A DNA stretch of 64,000 nucleotides from Acutalibacteraceae bacterium (GTDB lineage Bacteria > Bacillota_I > Bacilli_A > RFN20 > CAG-449), in the NCBI GenBank assembly GCA_963610315.1, contig CAVDMV010000003.1, forward strand, positions 39,146 through 103,145, given 5' to 3'. Below the pieces are notes generated by a model, which saw nothing but the letters and a program-made list of their open reading frames with translations, made no database searches and had not been told where the DNA came from. Positions within the stretch are counted from its first letter, which is position 1, and the number at the start of each line of letters is the position of its first letter. Position numbers and translations under genes: made by a program. Of the stretch, positions 1-9,957 are shown piece by piece.

Positions 1-536
1 ATGGCGATATTTGAAGGAATAAGCGTTACTTCATTAGAATCTAATTTATTAAGAATTTCATAAGCTTTATCAAATAAACAAATATCAACTAATAAATAGA
101 AACAATTAATTGAGAAAGCAAAATAATAATTAATACTCTTATTAAGTTCGGCAATTGTCATCCCTTCATTAACTAGTTCATATGATTTATGTAAAATACC
201 GCAGTAATTGTTGTAGATGATCTCATTATTTAATGCCGATAAATAACCTGTTTTATTTTGATAATCGTTAATTTTACGATATAAGTCCAATGCTTTTTTA
301 TTGTAATCGTGAGCTAATTCAATATTACTTCCATGATATACCCAGAAATACATCGCATTAACTAAAGCAATACCAACCTCATCTTTAACTTCACTTGCAG
401 TTTTGTTAAATAAATCAATGTAAGAAACAATATCACTTTCAGTATAAAGGTGGTTTAAAATATAAATTCTAATAGAATTATTTAATGTTAGATCAGATTT
501 ATAACTATCAATTAAATCTAAATAATCTTGATTCAT
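1..536 (-). CDS. hypothetical protein, N-terminal 178 codons only (gene runs off the window start)
   Basis: ATG at 536..534 preceded by a GGTGAG RBS; open frame to position 1; absent from the ORF track because it is incomplete; no recognisable motif. Confidence 0.45.
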   Translation of the reverse strand, partial: MNQDYLDLIDSYKSDLTLNNSIRIYILNHLYTESDIVSYIDLFNKTASEVKDEVGIALVNAMYFWVYHGSNIELAHDYNKKALDLYRKINDYQNKTGYLSALNNEIIYNNYCGILHKSYELVNEGMTIAELNKSINYYFAFSINCFYLLVDICLFDKAYEILNKLDSNEVTLIPSNIA

Positions 537-656
537 AATTCTCACCTCGATAGAAATATAAGTTCTTTAAGAATTTATAATTGAAAAAATTATATAATAT
601 TAATATTAAAATAAAAAGATTTTCTTATCTAATTTAACGTTAAAAGGTCTAAAAAA

Positions 657-690
657 GCCTAGTAAGAATAATCTTACTAAGCTTAAATTG
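657..690 (-). terminator. Rho-independent terminator downstream of lipoprotein gene
   Basis: Minus-strand hairpin CTTAGTAAGattatTCTTACTAGG followed by a T-run. Confidence 0.5.
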
Positions 691-692
691 TT

Positions 693-2324
693 CTACCAAG
701 TATCTCTTAATGGGAATTTATGGCTTGTCATATAATACCAATCGTATTGATAAGGACATGAATCCATTACTTTATAACAATTATCATATGTATAAGCTGA
801 AGAATAATTACCATCAATATATTCAACGCCATTTTCTTTTGTTGCAAAGCATAGATAATAATCATTATCATAAATTCTTAAATCTGCATGATCAACTTGC
901 CATCCCCAAATGTGATATGTAGCAACATCATAAACTTTTTTAGTTGTATAGTTACATCTTCTATCATAATATCCTGCAATATAATCATGGTCATCATCTT
1001 TGACACCATAGCTAGTTACATTGAAGTCACCTTTATATAAACCAACCGCTCTTTCATATAAATCTTCATTATTCGCGTGGAATCCACAGAATGTTAAATA
1101 ATCTTGAATAGTATAATCTGCCGCGCAGTATGAAGTTGCATATTCTCTAAAGCTATTTGCAACCCCTTCAACAGTTCTTGAATCTGGATTTAATTTAAAG
1201 CAATATGCACCATAATCATATCTACTATTAGTGATTGCATATAATAAACCTTGACGTGATTCACTAGGTTTATCATCTTCGTAAGGATTATAAGTTAATG
1301 TCGCTAAACGAGTTGAATATTCTTTACCAGTTGATAAGAAGATATTGAGACCTTCTGCTGCTTTATCTTCATAAACTTTTAATGCTTCAATTTGGTTCTT
1401 AAATAATAAGTTAACCGCGTTAACTTGATTAGCCATCGTAGTCATAATACCTTCATAAGCTGCTCTTGCTGCATCCCCTTTACCTTTAGCTAAATAATAC
1501 ATTTGGAATTTAGCTAAGTTCGCAGTTAATAATAAGACAGAGTCAATATAAGCAACGAAGCTCTTAATATTCTTTACACGTTGAATTGACCATACATCAG
1601 TACATGCAATTGTATTGAAATAATAATAGAAAATATTATTTCCACTTGCTTCATTTGGTTTTAAAATATAGTTACATAAATTAGTTAATCTACTCGCGAT
1701 TGGAAGTCCACCGGTCATAAGATCTTTAACAATATCGTTATAATATTCTTCACGTTTAGTTTCGATTTCTTCTTCAGTTAAAGATTCATCTTTTTCAGCA
1801 TTAACTAAATATTCTATACCAGTTGTCGCGATACCATTATAATCGTATAAGCATTCTTTAACCGCTTTTAAGACAGGGCTTAAGATACTTTCAGAATGGT
1901 CTCTTTCAATTTTTTCACATAAAGAATTTAATTTATTTTCAATTTGATCTAATTGTTGTTGAATCTTTTCTAAGGTTTTTGCGTTCGCATCACGAAGATC
2001 TAATCCACATTCTTTTAAAAGGTTAATAACTAATGTTTTACCATATGATGCAATTCCACCGCTTATTAGATCTCCACCTTTATCGATGACGATATCTAAA
2101 ATCCATTTATCAATATCTTCAGATGTAGGTTCTGCGCTAAAACGACGATAACCTAAATCTGTTAGTAAGTAATTATTAAAGTTAGTTGTGTTATCTCCAT
2201 TAATTTCTGAAGATGTGCTATTTCCGTTAGATTGTGAGGTGTTAGTATTATTTCCTCCGCAGGCAGTAGCTGTTAATAAAGAAGAGAGTAATAATCCACC
2301 AAGTGTCAATTTTTTAATATTCAT
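693..2324 (-). CDS. lipoprotein of unknown function (543 aa)
   Basis: Signal peptide plus lipobox LTATAC-GG; GGAGAAAA RBS; long helical/coiled region then Tyr/Asp/Trp-rich C-terminus; no family recognised. Confidence 0.7.
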   Translation of the reverse strand: MNIKKLTLGGLLLSSLLTATACGGNNTNTSQSNGNSTSSEINGDNTTNFNNYLLTDLGYRRFSAEPTSEDIDKWILDIVIDKGGDLISGGIASYGKTLVINLLKECGLDLRDANAKTLEKIQQQLDQIENKLNSLCEKIERDHSESILSPVLKAVKECLYDYNGIATTGIEYLVNAEKDESLTEEEIETKREEYYNDIVKDLMTGGLPIASRLTNLCNYILKPNEASGNNIFYYYFNTIACTDVWSIQRVKNIKSFVAYIDSVLLLTANLAKFQMYYLAKGKGDAARAAYEGIMTTMANQVNAVNLLFKNQIEALKVYEDKAAEGLNIFLSTGKEYSTRLATLTYNPYEDDKPSESRQGLLYAITNSRYDYGAYCFKLNPDSRTVEGVANSFREYATSYCAADYTIQDYLTFCGFHANNEDLYERAVGLYKGDFNVTSYGVKDDDHDYIAGYYDRRCNYTTKKVYDVATYHIWGWQVDHADLRIYDNDYYLCFATKENGVEYIDGNYSSAYTYDNCYKVMDSCPYQYDWYYMTSHKFPLRDTW

Positions 2325-2945
2325 ATATTTTTTCTCCTTTCGTAAAGCACTTGTTTATCTCTTTACAACTATATTGTATCACACAAAAAATAAAAAGCAA
2401 CACTTTTTTATATTTTGTTAACATAATTATTTTTAAATATACAATTTATTTCTTTTTTTATCTCTTTCACTACAAAATCGTATAAATGTAAATATATTTA
2501 ATTATTTAAGTTATAAATATTAATTATTGTAACTGTAATCTAATAGTTCATGATATGTTAATAATAAATTACTAAATAATTTTTGGATTATAAAAATAAT
2601 ATAATACTCTTTTCCTTAATCAAATTAAGCTTATAAGTTTAAATGATAAAATCAATAATATTTTGTTATTAGATAAAAATTAACATTTAATTTTCTTACT
2701 AAAAAGTAATAAATTTAGGAAAAGTGTATTTTTGACTACTTGATTTTTATGGAAAAGTGTAAAATATGTCCATAAATAAAAAGTGAGTCTATCCTAAATA
2801 GGAAAATAATAGTTTATTACCAAATAAGTTTTAATAGAATATTTTTATCAATGAAGTTAGATAAACTAGCAAATCTTTTACTATTAGATATGTAGATAAT
2901 GGCATTTTAAAAGATAAATTTATAAATTATATTTATCGAAAATAA

Positions 2946-3584
2946 TTAATCAAATTTTAAATCTAGTATTTCTTCAAAGCTATTAATTGGATAATCCGTT
3001 TTATAACATTTACTTGCATAACTTATTCCAATAGTTTTAAATTTTCCGTTAATTCCGGCATTAATTCCTGAAATGGCATCTTCAACAATCACACATTCAC
3101 TTGGTGATAAATGAAGATATTCCGCGGCAAGTAAAAATACTTCGGGGTCAGGTTTGGCACGCGTTATATTAGTTCCATCACTAACTGCATCAAAATATTT
3201 TCTTAAATCTGTTTTTTCTAAGATTAATTTAGTATTTTTACTTGAAGAACCTACCGCTAGTTTATAGCCTCGTTTTTTTAATTCTTCTAAAGTTGATCTT
3301 ACATTATTAGGAACTTTTTGAGGCGACATATTTTCTAGATAAGTTTTATATATATCATTTTTATATTCAGCCATTTGTTCTTTTTCTTCTTCACTATATT
3401 GCTTATTAGAATAAGATAAAATAGCGTTTAAACTATCCATTCTTGAAAGTCCTCTTAATTCATCACTTATATTTTTATTAAAAGGAATATTTAATTTATC
3501 AGCTAATGCTTTCCAAGCTAAATAATGATATTCATCAGTTGATAATAAAACGCCATCTAGATCAAAGATAATACCTTTTATCAT
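2946..3584 (-). CDS. pgmB: beta-phosphoglucomutase (HAD superfamily)
   Basis: N-terminal FDLDGVL motif; AEYHYLAWKALA closely matches the beta-PGM consensus; length 212 aa; last gene of the sugar ABC operon. Confidence 0.85.
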   Translation of the reverse strand: MIKGIIFDLDGVLLSTDEYHYLAWKALADKLNIPFNKNISDELRGLSRMDSLNAILSYSNKQYSEEEKEQMAEYKNDIYKTYLENMSPQKVPNNVRSTLEELKKRGYKLAVGSSSKNTKLILEKTDLRKYFDAVSDGTNITRAKPDPEVFLLAAEYLHLSPSECVIVEDAISGINAGINGKFKTIGISYASKCYKTDYPINSFEEILDLKFD

Positions 3585-3671
3585 AATTCTCCTCCATTAT
3601 CTCTTAAAAACACAAAGTGAACCCCAAAGTTAGTTATCATCTAACCTTAAGATTCACTTTTTAATTATTTA

Positions 3672-5279
3672 TTATTCAATAGTTAAAGTACCTAAGCAAA
3701 GAAGTTCTTGTGATTCACGGTCAAATAACATGATATGATTACCTCTAAAACCTAATTTAATATCAGTTCCAATCATATAATCAACCGCGCCAAATTCATC
3801 ACCGGTCAGTAGATAGTTACCTACTTCTAAACGAATAGTTGTTTCTTTACCAGTAGGCATTGCGCTATAAACTTTTGCTTCAAGATTACCACCTTCATTA
3901 ATAGTGATATATTGTGATCTTACCCCAAGAACAAAGTCAAATTCATCGATAGTTGGATTATCTGGAACATCGATTGGTTGAGTAATTAATGGAATCTTAT
4001 AAGGGAATGGTCCATCTTTATTTGATTTATCTTCATTAACTGGACGAATATTCTTCTTAATTTCTTCACGACGTTTTTCTAAATCGAAATTTGGATCAGT
4101 TGGAGTAAAAATAGCCACTTTATCATCAAAGATTTTAAATTTAAAGGAATTACCTTCTTTTTTACCTCTTGCTTCAATTAAGTTAACTGCTGGGGTACCA
4201 ATAAAGTCCGCGACAAAGAGATTATTTGGATAATGATAAGTACGAATTGGAGGTTCATATTGTTGTAAAACACCATTATTCATTAAGCAAATTCTTGTTG
4301 CAAGAGTCATCGCTTCTAGTTGGTCGTGAGTAACATAAACGAAAGTCGCTCCTGTTTCCATATGGAGACGTTTTAATTCAGAACGCATTTCTAAACGTAG
4401 TTTTGCATCAAGGTTACTTAAAGGTTCATCCATAAATAAAACCTTAGGTCCAGGAGCTAAAGTACGCGCAATCGCGACACGTTGTTGTTGACCACCTGAT
4501 AATTCAGCAGGATAACGATCCATGAATTGAGTGATTTTTAATGTACGAGCTGAAGCACGTAATTTTAAATCGATTTCTTCAGGAGAAAGATGACGTACTT
4601 TTCTAATTGGATTACCATTTTCATCTAAATAACAATATTTATCATTTAGTTTGTCACCCTTCTTTTCGTGTTTGTCTAAGATCTTTTTAATTTCTTCATT
4701 TACTTTTTTTCTTTCTTCTTCTACTTTAGTTACTTCATAGCCTTTAGAAAGAAGTTTATAAGCTTTCTTTGCAGTAGGATAACTTACTTCAAAGAAATCA
4801 GTGATTTTAATAATCGCCGTTTCATCTTTAATTCTACCGTTTTTATCCGCGGCATCTTTAATTAAAGAAACAATCTTTTCTGGCTTATCTAAAACATTTA
4901 AATAATCATGTAAAGCGATTAAATCCCAATCATAGACATCCATTTCTTCATTGACATTCTTTAAACCAAAAGCAATGTTTTGATAAACTGTCATATTAGG
5001 CCATAAAGCATAGTTTTGGAATAAGAAACCAACATGACGTTTACTCGCAGAAACATTAATACCAAGTTCAGAATCAAAGACAACTTCATCACCGATAATA
5101 ATTCTTCCAGAAGTCGGAGTTTCAAGTCCTGCAATCATACGTAGCGTTGTAGTTTTACCACATCCAGATGGACCAAGTAATGTAACGAAACTATTATTAG
5201 GGATTTCTAAATTTAAATCATCAACGCCATAAAATTTACCCCATTTTTTATTGACGTGTTCTAATACAATTTTAGGCAT
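3672..5279 (-). CDS. sugar ABC transporter ATP-binding protein (MalK/MsmK-like) with a large inserted region
   Basis: Walker A GPSGCGKTT, Q-loop, LSGGQQQR signature, Walker B LFMDEPLSNLD; start taken at MPKIV (GGAGGAGG RBS), not the upstream in-frame Met; about 140 aa inserted between Q-loop and signature. Confidence 0.85.
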   Translation of the reverse strand: MPKIVLEHVNKKWGKFYGVDDLNLEIPNNSFVTLLGPSGCGKTTTLRMIAGLETPTSGRIIIGDEVVFDSELGINVSASKRHVGFLFQNYALWPNMTVYQNIAFGLKNVNEEMDVYDWDLIALHDYLNVLDKPEKIVSLIKDAADKNGRIKDETAIIKITDFFEVSYPTAKKAYKLLSKGYEVTKVEEERKKVNEEIKKILDKHEKKGDKLNDKYCYLDENGNPIRKVRHLSPEEIDLKLRASARTLKITQFMDRYPAELSGGQQQRVAIARTLAPGPKVLFMDEPLSNLDAKLRLEMRSELKRLHMETGATFVYVTHDQLEAMTLATRICLMNNGVLQQYEPPIRTYHYPNNLFVADFIGTPAVNLIEARGKKEGNSFKFKIFDDKVAIFTPTDPNFDLEKRREEIKKNIRPVNEDKSNKDGPFPYKIPLITQPIDVPDNPTIDEFDFVLGVRSQYITINEGGNLEAKVYSAMPTGKETTIRLEVGNYLLTGDEFGAVDYMIGTDIKLGFRGNHIMLFDRESQELLCLGTLTIE

Positions 5280-7161
5280 GTTTATTTTTACCTCCTCCGA
5301 TACCTGAGTCAATTGAAGCACCGGTTAATTTATTTACACCAAAGTTTGCGATTAAGACAAAGATAATAATTAATAAGTTAATCGCACTTGAGAAGGCTGA
5401 TAAGCCCATTTCATCATAATAAGATAATGATGTAGTCGCGATTTGATCGTTGTTTGTTACTAAGAACATGAATAAATTTAATTCACGCATACCAGTAATA
5501 AATGGTAATAAGTAACCTGAGATAATCGCGGATTTTTGAATAGGTATAACAATATGTGTCATACGTTTCCACCAAGGAGCCCCTTGAATAACGGCAGCTT
5601 CTTCAATTTCTGAAGATAATTGCATCATCGCGCTTAATGAAGAACGAGAAGCAAATGGAATATATTTAACAGATCCGCAGAGAATCATTAGGAACATTGC
5701 TCCTGCTGCTCCGGATATACCGGCATTTAATCCAAAGGCATGATATGCTGCTGAGAAAGCAACGGCTGGAATTAAATAAGGAAGGAACGAAATACCATTT
5801 ACATAACCTGCAAATTTATTCTTTCTCTTCTTTGATACACAATATCCAACTAAGAAGCCAAGAGTACCAGCAATAAGCGCACAGCTAACTGCAACTAAAG
5901 CTTGATTTCCAAATGATTTCCAAATATTTGTGTTATAGAAAATACCATAGTTACCATACATTCCAGCTTCACCATTTTCGTGATATGTCCACCATTTAGT
6001 TGTCCAAGATGAATAGTCTCCTGGGTTAGATAAGAACGTTTCAACACCGAAAGAAATAACAGGTAAGATAGAAGTAAAGGCAGTTAAGATAATTAAGATA
6101 ACTGCAATAACCCATTTACCAACTTTATTTAATTGAATCTTTGTTGCTTGAGCTGATTTACCAGAAACTGTAACGAATTGTTTTCTTGAAGTTAAAGAAG
6201 CTTGGTTAATAATTAAGATAATAAAACCGATAAGAAGCATTACAATACCGATAATAGAAGCAAATCCTTCACCAGTAATCGCTCTTAAATCAATGTAAGA
6301 AGTCGCAAGTACTTGGAAGTCTTTTCCGCCGACATAGTGAACGACTGGATAAGAACCAACTGCACTTGAGAAAACAAGTAAGATAGTTGAAAGTATCGCT
6401 GGAATAATCATTGGAATTGTAATTCTAAAGATGATTTTCCATTTTGGTGTATTTAAGATTGTCGCCGCTTCTTCAAGTGAAGCATCCATATTCTTAAAAA
6501 TACCACCGATTAAAATATAAGCAAATGCTGCATAGTGAATACCTAATACTAATGCTGAAGGGAATAAGCCTTGACACCACCATAAAGGGAAACGCCACGA
6601 AATTCCCATCTTAGAGAACATATAAGCAAAGAATCCATTAGAACCACCTGTTACATCCGCTGACCAGAATAAGTTTTTCCAAACAACTGCCAACGTCCAT
6701 TGAGGCATGATGTAAGGGAAAATGAAGATTGATGAAATCCACTTCTTACAAGGCAAGTTAGTTCTAGTAACTAAGAATGCCGCAATACCACCAAAAACTA
6801 AAGCAAACAAGCAACTTAACGTTCCTAGAAGTAACGAATTACCTAATGGAACCCAAAGATATTTATTCGCATAAGCGCCGCCGAAAAGATTAGCCCAGTT
6901 AGAAACTGAAAGTCCAACGGTATTATATCCATAGGCTTTTGCAAATTGCATTTCTTTACCAGCATGGACGGTAAATGAATTTTGAATAATAGACCAAAGA
7001 GGATAAAGAACTGCGAAAGATAACACTACACCCAATATTAGTAAAATTAAATTTTCAGGTCGAGAAATCCACGTGCCAACATGTGACATTACTTTATCCA
7101 TTGTTCCAGGAGTCTTTATATTACTAGAAGAATCTGAATATTCTTTTTTGTTTTTAAACAT
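5272..7161 (-). CDS. sugar ABC transporter permease (long, multi-span)
   Basis: Many predicted TM helices; start at MFKNKK with AAAGGAGA RBS; overlaps the ATPase start by 8 nt. Confidence 0.75.
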   Translation of the reverse strand: MFKNKKEYSDSSSNIKTPGTMDKVMSHVGTWISRPENLILLILGVVLSFAVLYPLWSIIQNSFTVHAGKEMQFAKAYGYNTVGLSVSNWANLFGGAYANKYLWVPLGNSLLLGTLSCLFALVFGGIAAFLVTRTNLPCKKWISSIFIFPYIMPQWTLAVVWKNLFWSADVTGGSNGFFAYMFSKMGISWRFPLWWCQGLFPSALVLGIHYAAFAYILIGGIFKNMDASLEEAATILNTPKWKIIFRITIPMIIPAILSTILLVFSSAVGSYPVVHYVGGKDFQVLATSYIDLRAITGEGFASIIGIVMLLIGFIILIINQASLTSRKQFVTVSGKSAQATKIQLNKVGKWVIAVILIILTAFTSILPVISFGVETFLSNPGDYSSWTTKWWTYHENGEAGMYGNYGIFYNTNIWKSFGNQALVAVSCALIAGTLGFLVGYCVSKKRKNKFAGYVNGISFLPYLIPAVAFSAAYHAFGLNAGISGAAGAMFLMILCGSVKYIPFASRSSLSAMMQLSSEIEEAAVIQGAPWWKRMTHIVIPIQKSAIISGYLLPFITGMRELNLFMFLVTNNDQIATTSLSYYDEMGLSAFSSAINLLIIIFVLIANFGVNKLTGASIDSGIGGGKNKHA

Positions 7162-7180
7162 GAAATCTCCTTTCAAAAGA

Positions 7181-7212
7181 AGAAGACCGTAGAATTAATC
7201 TACGACCTTCTC
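7181..7212 (-). promoter_or_regulatory. intercistronic hairpin between binding-protein and permease genes (partial attenuator)
   Basis: Imperfect inverted repeat GAAGACCGTAG/CTACGACCTTC followed by UUCUUUUG on the minus strand. Confidence 0.3.
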
Positions 7213-7230
7213 AATAAATATGTCAAACTT

Positions 7231-8574
7231 TTATTTAATACCTGTATCGATCCAAGTACCAACAGTTACATCTTTTTCCGAGCAATAAGAGCCGTCTTCA
7301 ACAACCATATTACCCTTACCATCACCAGTACCTGTCCAGAATTCATAGCCTTTATCATTTAAGCAAGCAAATTCTGTTCCACCGTCTTGAGAGTGATCTT
7401 GATTAATACCAGCTGTATTATTTGAACAATATCCACCGATATCTTTGCCCCAAGCTTTAAATCCGTCATAAGTACAAGTCATAAAGTGAATAAATGCACA
7501 TGATGTCCATGGATATGGAGATGTTTTTAAAACTTGAAGATAATGTTTATACATGAATCCGCCGATACCTTTATAGCCATCTTGATAAGCTGCGATAGTA
7601 ACATTCTTCTTTGATGATTCTTCAGTTTCAGTAACAGAACGAAGTTTTGAATAAACTAAGAGGCCTGAAGCTCCTTTAGCTGACTTAGTGACTAATTCAT
7701 TACAAATTGGACCGTCATCTGATCTTTCTGCATATTGTTTTACAAATAATTGAATATACGCTAATGCATATTTTGCTGATTCATGAGTTAAGCCAAGTTG
7801 AGTTGCTTTTTCTTTTAAGCCATCTGCTGTAGTTTCAATACGTGCTTTTTGCGTAGCATCGCCAATTGCTTCATATGCAGTTTTAAGAATATCAGAATAT
7901 TTTTGTTGTGTAAGCATAATTAAGAAGTTACGACCAACAGGCTCTGAAGAAGGTTTCATAAATAATGGTGTTTCGCCTTCTCTAACGAAATCCCAACAGT
8001 TCATAAATGATTTAGTAGTATCTAAATTATTAAATTCAAATACTTTATTAAGTGATTGAAGTGCAAATGGTTCTTTATTATCTGCATCACCATTCCATTC
8101 CTTTGGTACATAATTTAAAAGATTACCTGTTTGAATTTCTTTTGCATCAATTTGGTTTGCGTCTTGAATAAGAGTCATTGCAATTGAATGATTAGAGCCA
8201 TTAACATCACTATCAATCATAGTGAAGATACTGTTTTCCTTTGGTTGAGTCCATTCAATTTGTCCGCTGAACTCTGGATTATAATAAGGGAATGCTTCTT
8301 GAACTGCAGTAGATGGATTTCCATCTGCATCATTACCTTTTAAATAGTTAATAAAATATTCTTTTGCAGTTTTACCTCTAGATGAATTACCAATACCTGT
8401 CATTGTTTTTCCATCTAATTCTTCCATAGCTTTTTTATAGAGGTCTTTAGCGTCAAGAGTCATTGCTTCTTCAATAACTTTTTCGACTTCTGACTTACTA
8501 GTTCCACCACAAGAAGTAAGTCCACCGAGTGTGGTTGCAGCAACTGCAAGTAATATTGCGATTTTTTTCTTCAT
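7231..8574 (-). CDS. sugar ABC transporter substrate-binding lipoprotein
   Basis: Signal peptide with lipobox LTSC-GG; about 450 aa; first gene of operon with permease and ATPase. Confidence 0.75.
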   Translation of the reverse strand: MKKKIAILLAVAATTLGGLTSCGGTSKSEVEKVIEEAMTLDAKDLYKKAMEELDGKTMTGIGNSSRGKTAKEYFINYLKGNDADGNPSTAVQEAFPYYNPEFSGQIEWTQPKENSIFTMIDSDVNGSNHSIAMTLIQDANQIDAKEIQTGNLLNYVPKEWNGDADNKEPFALQSLNKVFEFNNLDTTKSFMNCWDFVREGETPLFMKPSSEPVGRNFLIMLTQQKYSDILKTAYEAIGDATQKARIETTADGLKEKATQLGLTHESAKYALAYIQLFVKQYAERSDDGPICNELVTKSAKGASGLLVYSKLRSVTETEESSKKNVTIAAYQDGYKGIGGFMYKHYLQVLKTSPYPWTSCAFIHFMTCTYDGFKAWGKDIGGYCSNNTAGINQDHSQDGGTEFACLNDKGYEFWTGTGDGKGNMVVEDGSYCSEKDVTVGTWIDTGIK

Positions 8575-8665
8575 AAAAATCTAAATTTCCTTTCCACGGA
8601 GAGCCTAAGTCTTCCGCATATTGTGTCAAAGGATTAGTTTGATGAATCCCTTTCCATCTATCTTC

Positions 8666-8694
8666 AAGATAGAATGTAAGCGTTTACAAGTCAA
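8666..8694 (-). promoter_or_regulatory. putative sigma-A promoter (-35 TTGACT, -10 TATCTT) with a cre site (TGTAAACGCTTACA, plus coords 8675..8688) in the spacer
   Basis: cre matches the TGWAANCGNTNWCA consensus at all constrained positions; 17-nt spacing between hexamers. Confidence 0.5.
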
Positions 8695-9129
8695 TTTATT
8701 AAATATTTAAGTAACTAAAAAAACTTAAAAAACTTAAAAATATATTATTTCATCCGATTTTAACGAATAATTTAATTTCTTTATCATATTATTTATATAA
8801 AATCGTTTAAAAATATTTAAATTAACAAAAGCATTCGAATGTAAAAAAACTTGTTATATCAAAAACTGCAGTTCTTTATCCTTATAAAAATTGATTTTAG
8901 GTAAAAATCAACTATAATCTAATTAGTTGTTTCAAGAAAACAATTTTAATTCTATTAATTAACTTCTTACTTTAGATTTAATAAAAGAATTATCTTTAAA
9001 TTAAAATCCAACGAATTTTTAATATAAAATTAAGTGATGCAACCCATAGTTGCGTATTTGAAAACTAGAATGTATAGACCTCTTTTTCCTATTTTTATAA
9101 GATTAAGGTACTTCAAGGAGGAAAAAATT

Positions 9130-9867
9130 ATGAACATCAAAATATCAAATCGTTTAATCGAATTAAGAAAGAAATATGGTTATTCACAAGAGCAACTTGC
9201 TGAAAAACTAGGTCTTTCACGTCAAGCAGTATCTAAATGGGAAAGAGCCGAGGCAAGTCCCGATACTGATAATCTTATTTGTTTAGCTAAATTGTATAAT
9301 GTATCTTTAGATGAACTTCTCTCTACTGATGAAGAAGATATCGAATCAATTATTAAAGATAACAAAGAAAAGAATAATGATAACGAGAAAGAACAAGGTA
9401 TCTACATTAAAGATGGCGAAGACACTTTAACTATCAAAAATGGACAAATCCATATTGTAGGAAATGATGGAGATAGTGTTCACATAGCTGATGGAAAGAT
9501 TAACCTTAAGTCCAGTGATGGAGAAAACCTCACAATTAATTATAAGAAATGGATCTATAATATTTTTAAAAGTATCATCTTTGCTTTAGGATTTATCACC
9601 TATGTTGTTTTAGGTTTTGCTTTAAATAATGGGTGGGCATTATATTGGCCAGTTATCCTTATTTCTCTTAGTTTAGCTAGTATTGCTGACGCTATTGAAG
9701 CAAAGAAATTTTGTAATTTCTTATTCCCAGTTTTAATTAGTGGAATTTATTGTTTAATCGGAATGATATTTTCTTTATGGCATCCAATGTGGGTTATCTT
9801 TTTATCTATACCTATTTATTATGCAGTCTTTGAACCACTTGATAAATTTTTAAAACATAAAAAATAA
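9130..9867 (+). CDS. XRE-family HTH transcriptional regulator with C-terminal transmembrane domain
   Basis: AGGAGG RBS before MNIKISNRL; HTH motif YSQEQLAEKLGLSRQAVSKWE; three hydrophobic helices at the C-terminus; true start downstream of the ORF-track start. Confidence 0.8.
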   Translation: MNIKISNRLIELRKKYGYSQEQLAEKLGLSRQAVSKWERAEASPDTDNLICLAKLYNVSLDELLSTDEEDIESIIKDNKEKNNDNEKEQGIYIKDGEDTLTIKNGQIHIVGNDGDSVHIADGKINLKSSDGENLTINYKKWIYNIFKSIIFALGFITYVVLGFALNNGWALYWPVILISLSLASIADAIEAKKFCNFLFPVLISGIYCLIGMIFSLWHPMWVIFLSIPIYYAVFEPLDKFLKHKK

Positions 9868-9871
9868 CTGT

Positions 9872-9897
9872 GTCTAGTTCTAACTAGACTTTTTTTA
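9872..9897 (+). terminator. Rho-independent terminator
   Basis: GTCTAGTTctaaCTAGAC hairpin followed by TTTTTTT. Confidence 0.65.
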
Positions 9898-9957
9898 TTA
9901 ATAAAAAGGATCATCACCTTTTAATATAGGTAACAATCCTTGAAATTATTAAATATT

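Noticed and set aside
2700-2800. Plus-strand promoter-like TTGACT…TAAAAT with duplicated GGAAAAGTGTA motif
   Set aside because: No downstream plus-strand gene (it would read antisense into pgmB); possible sRNA, but hexamers like this are frequent in 25-30% GC intergenic DNA.
8718-8740. Short direct repeat AAAAACTTAAAAAACTTAAAAA
   Set aside because: Low-complexity AT-rich intergenic sequence; too short for a regulatory or CRISPR call.
9034-9129. Extended N-terminus (32 aa) of the XRE regulator ORF
   Set aside because: No RBS; a strong AGGAGG precedes the internal Met at 9130, which begins the conserved HTH.
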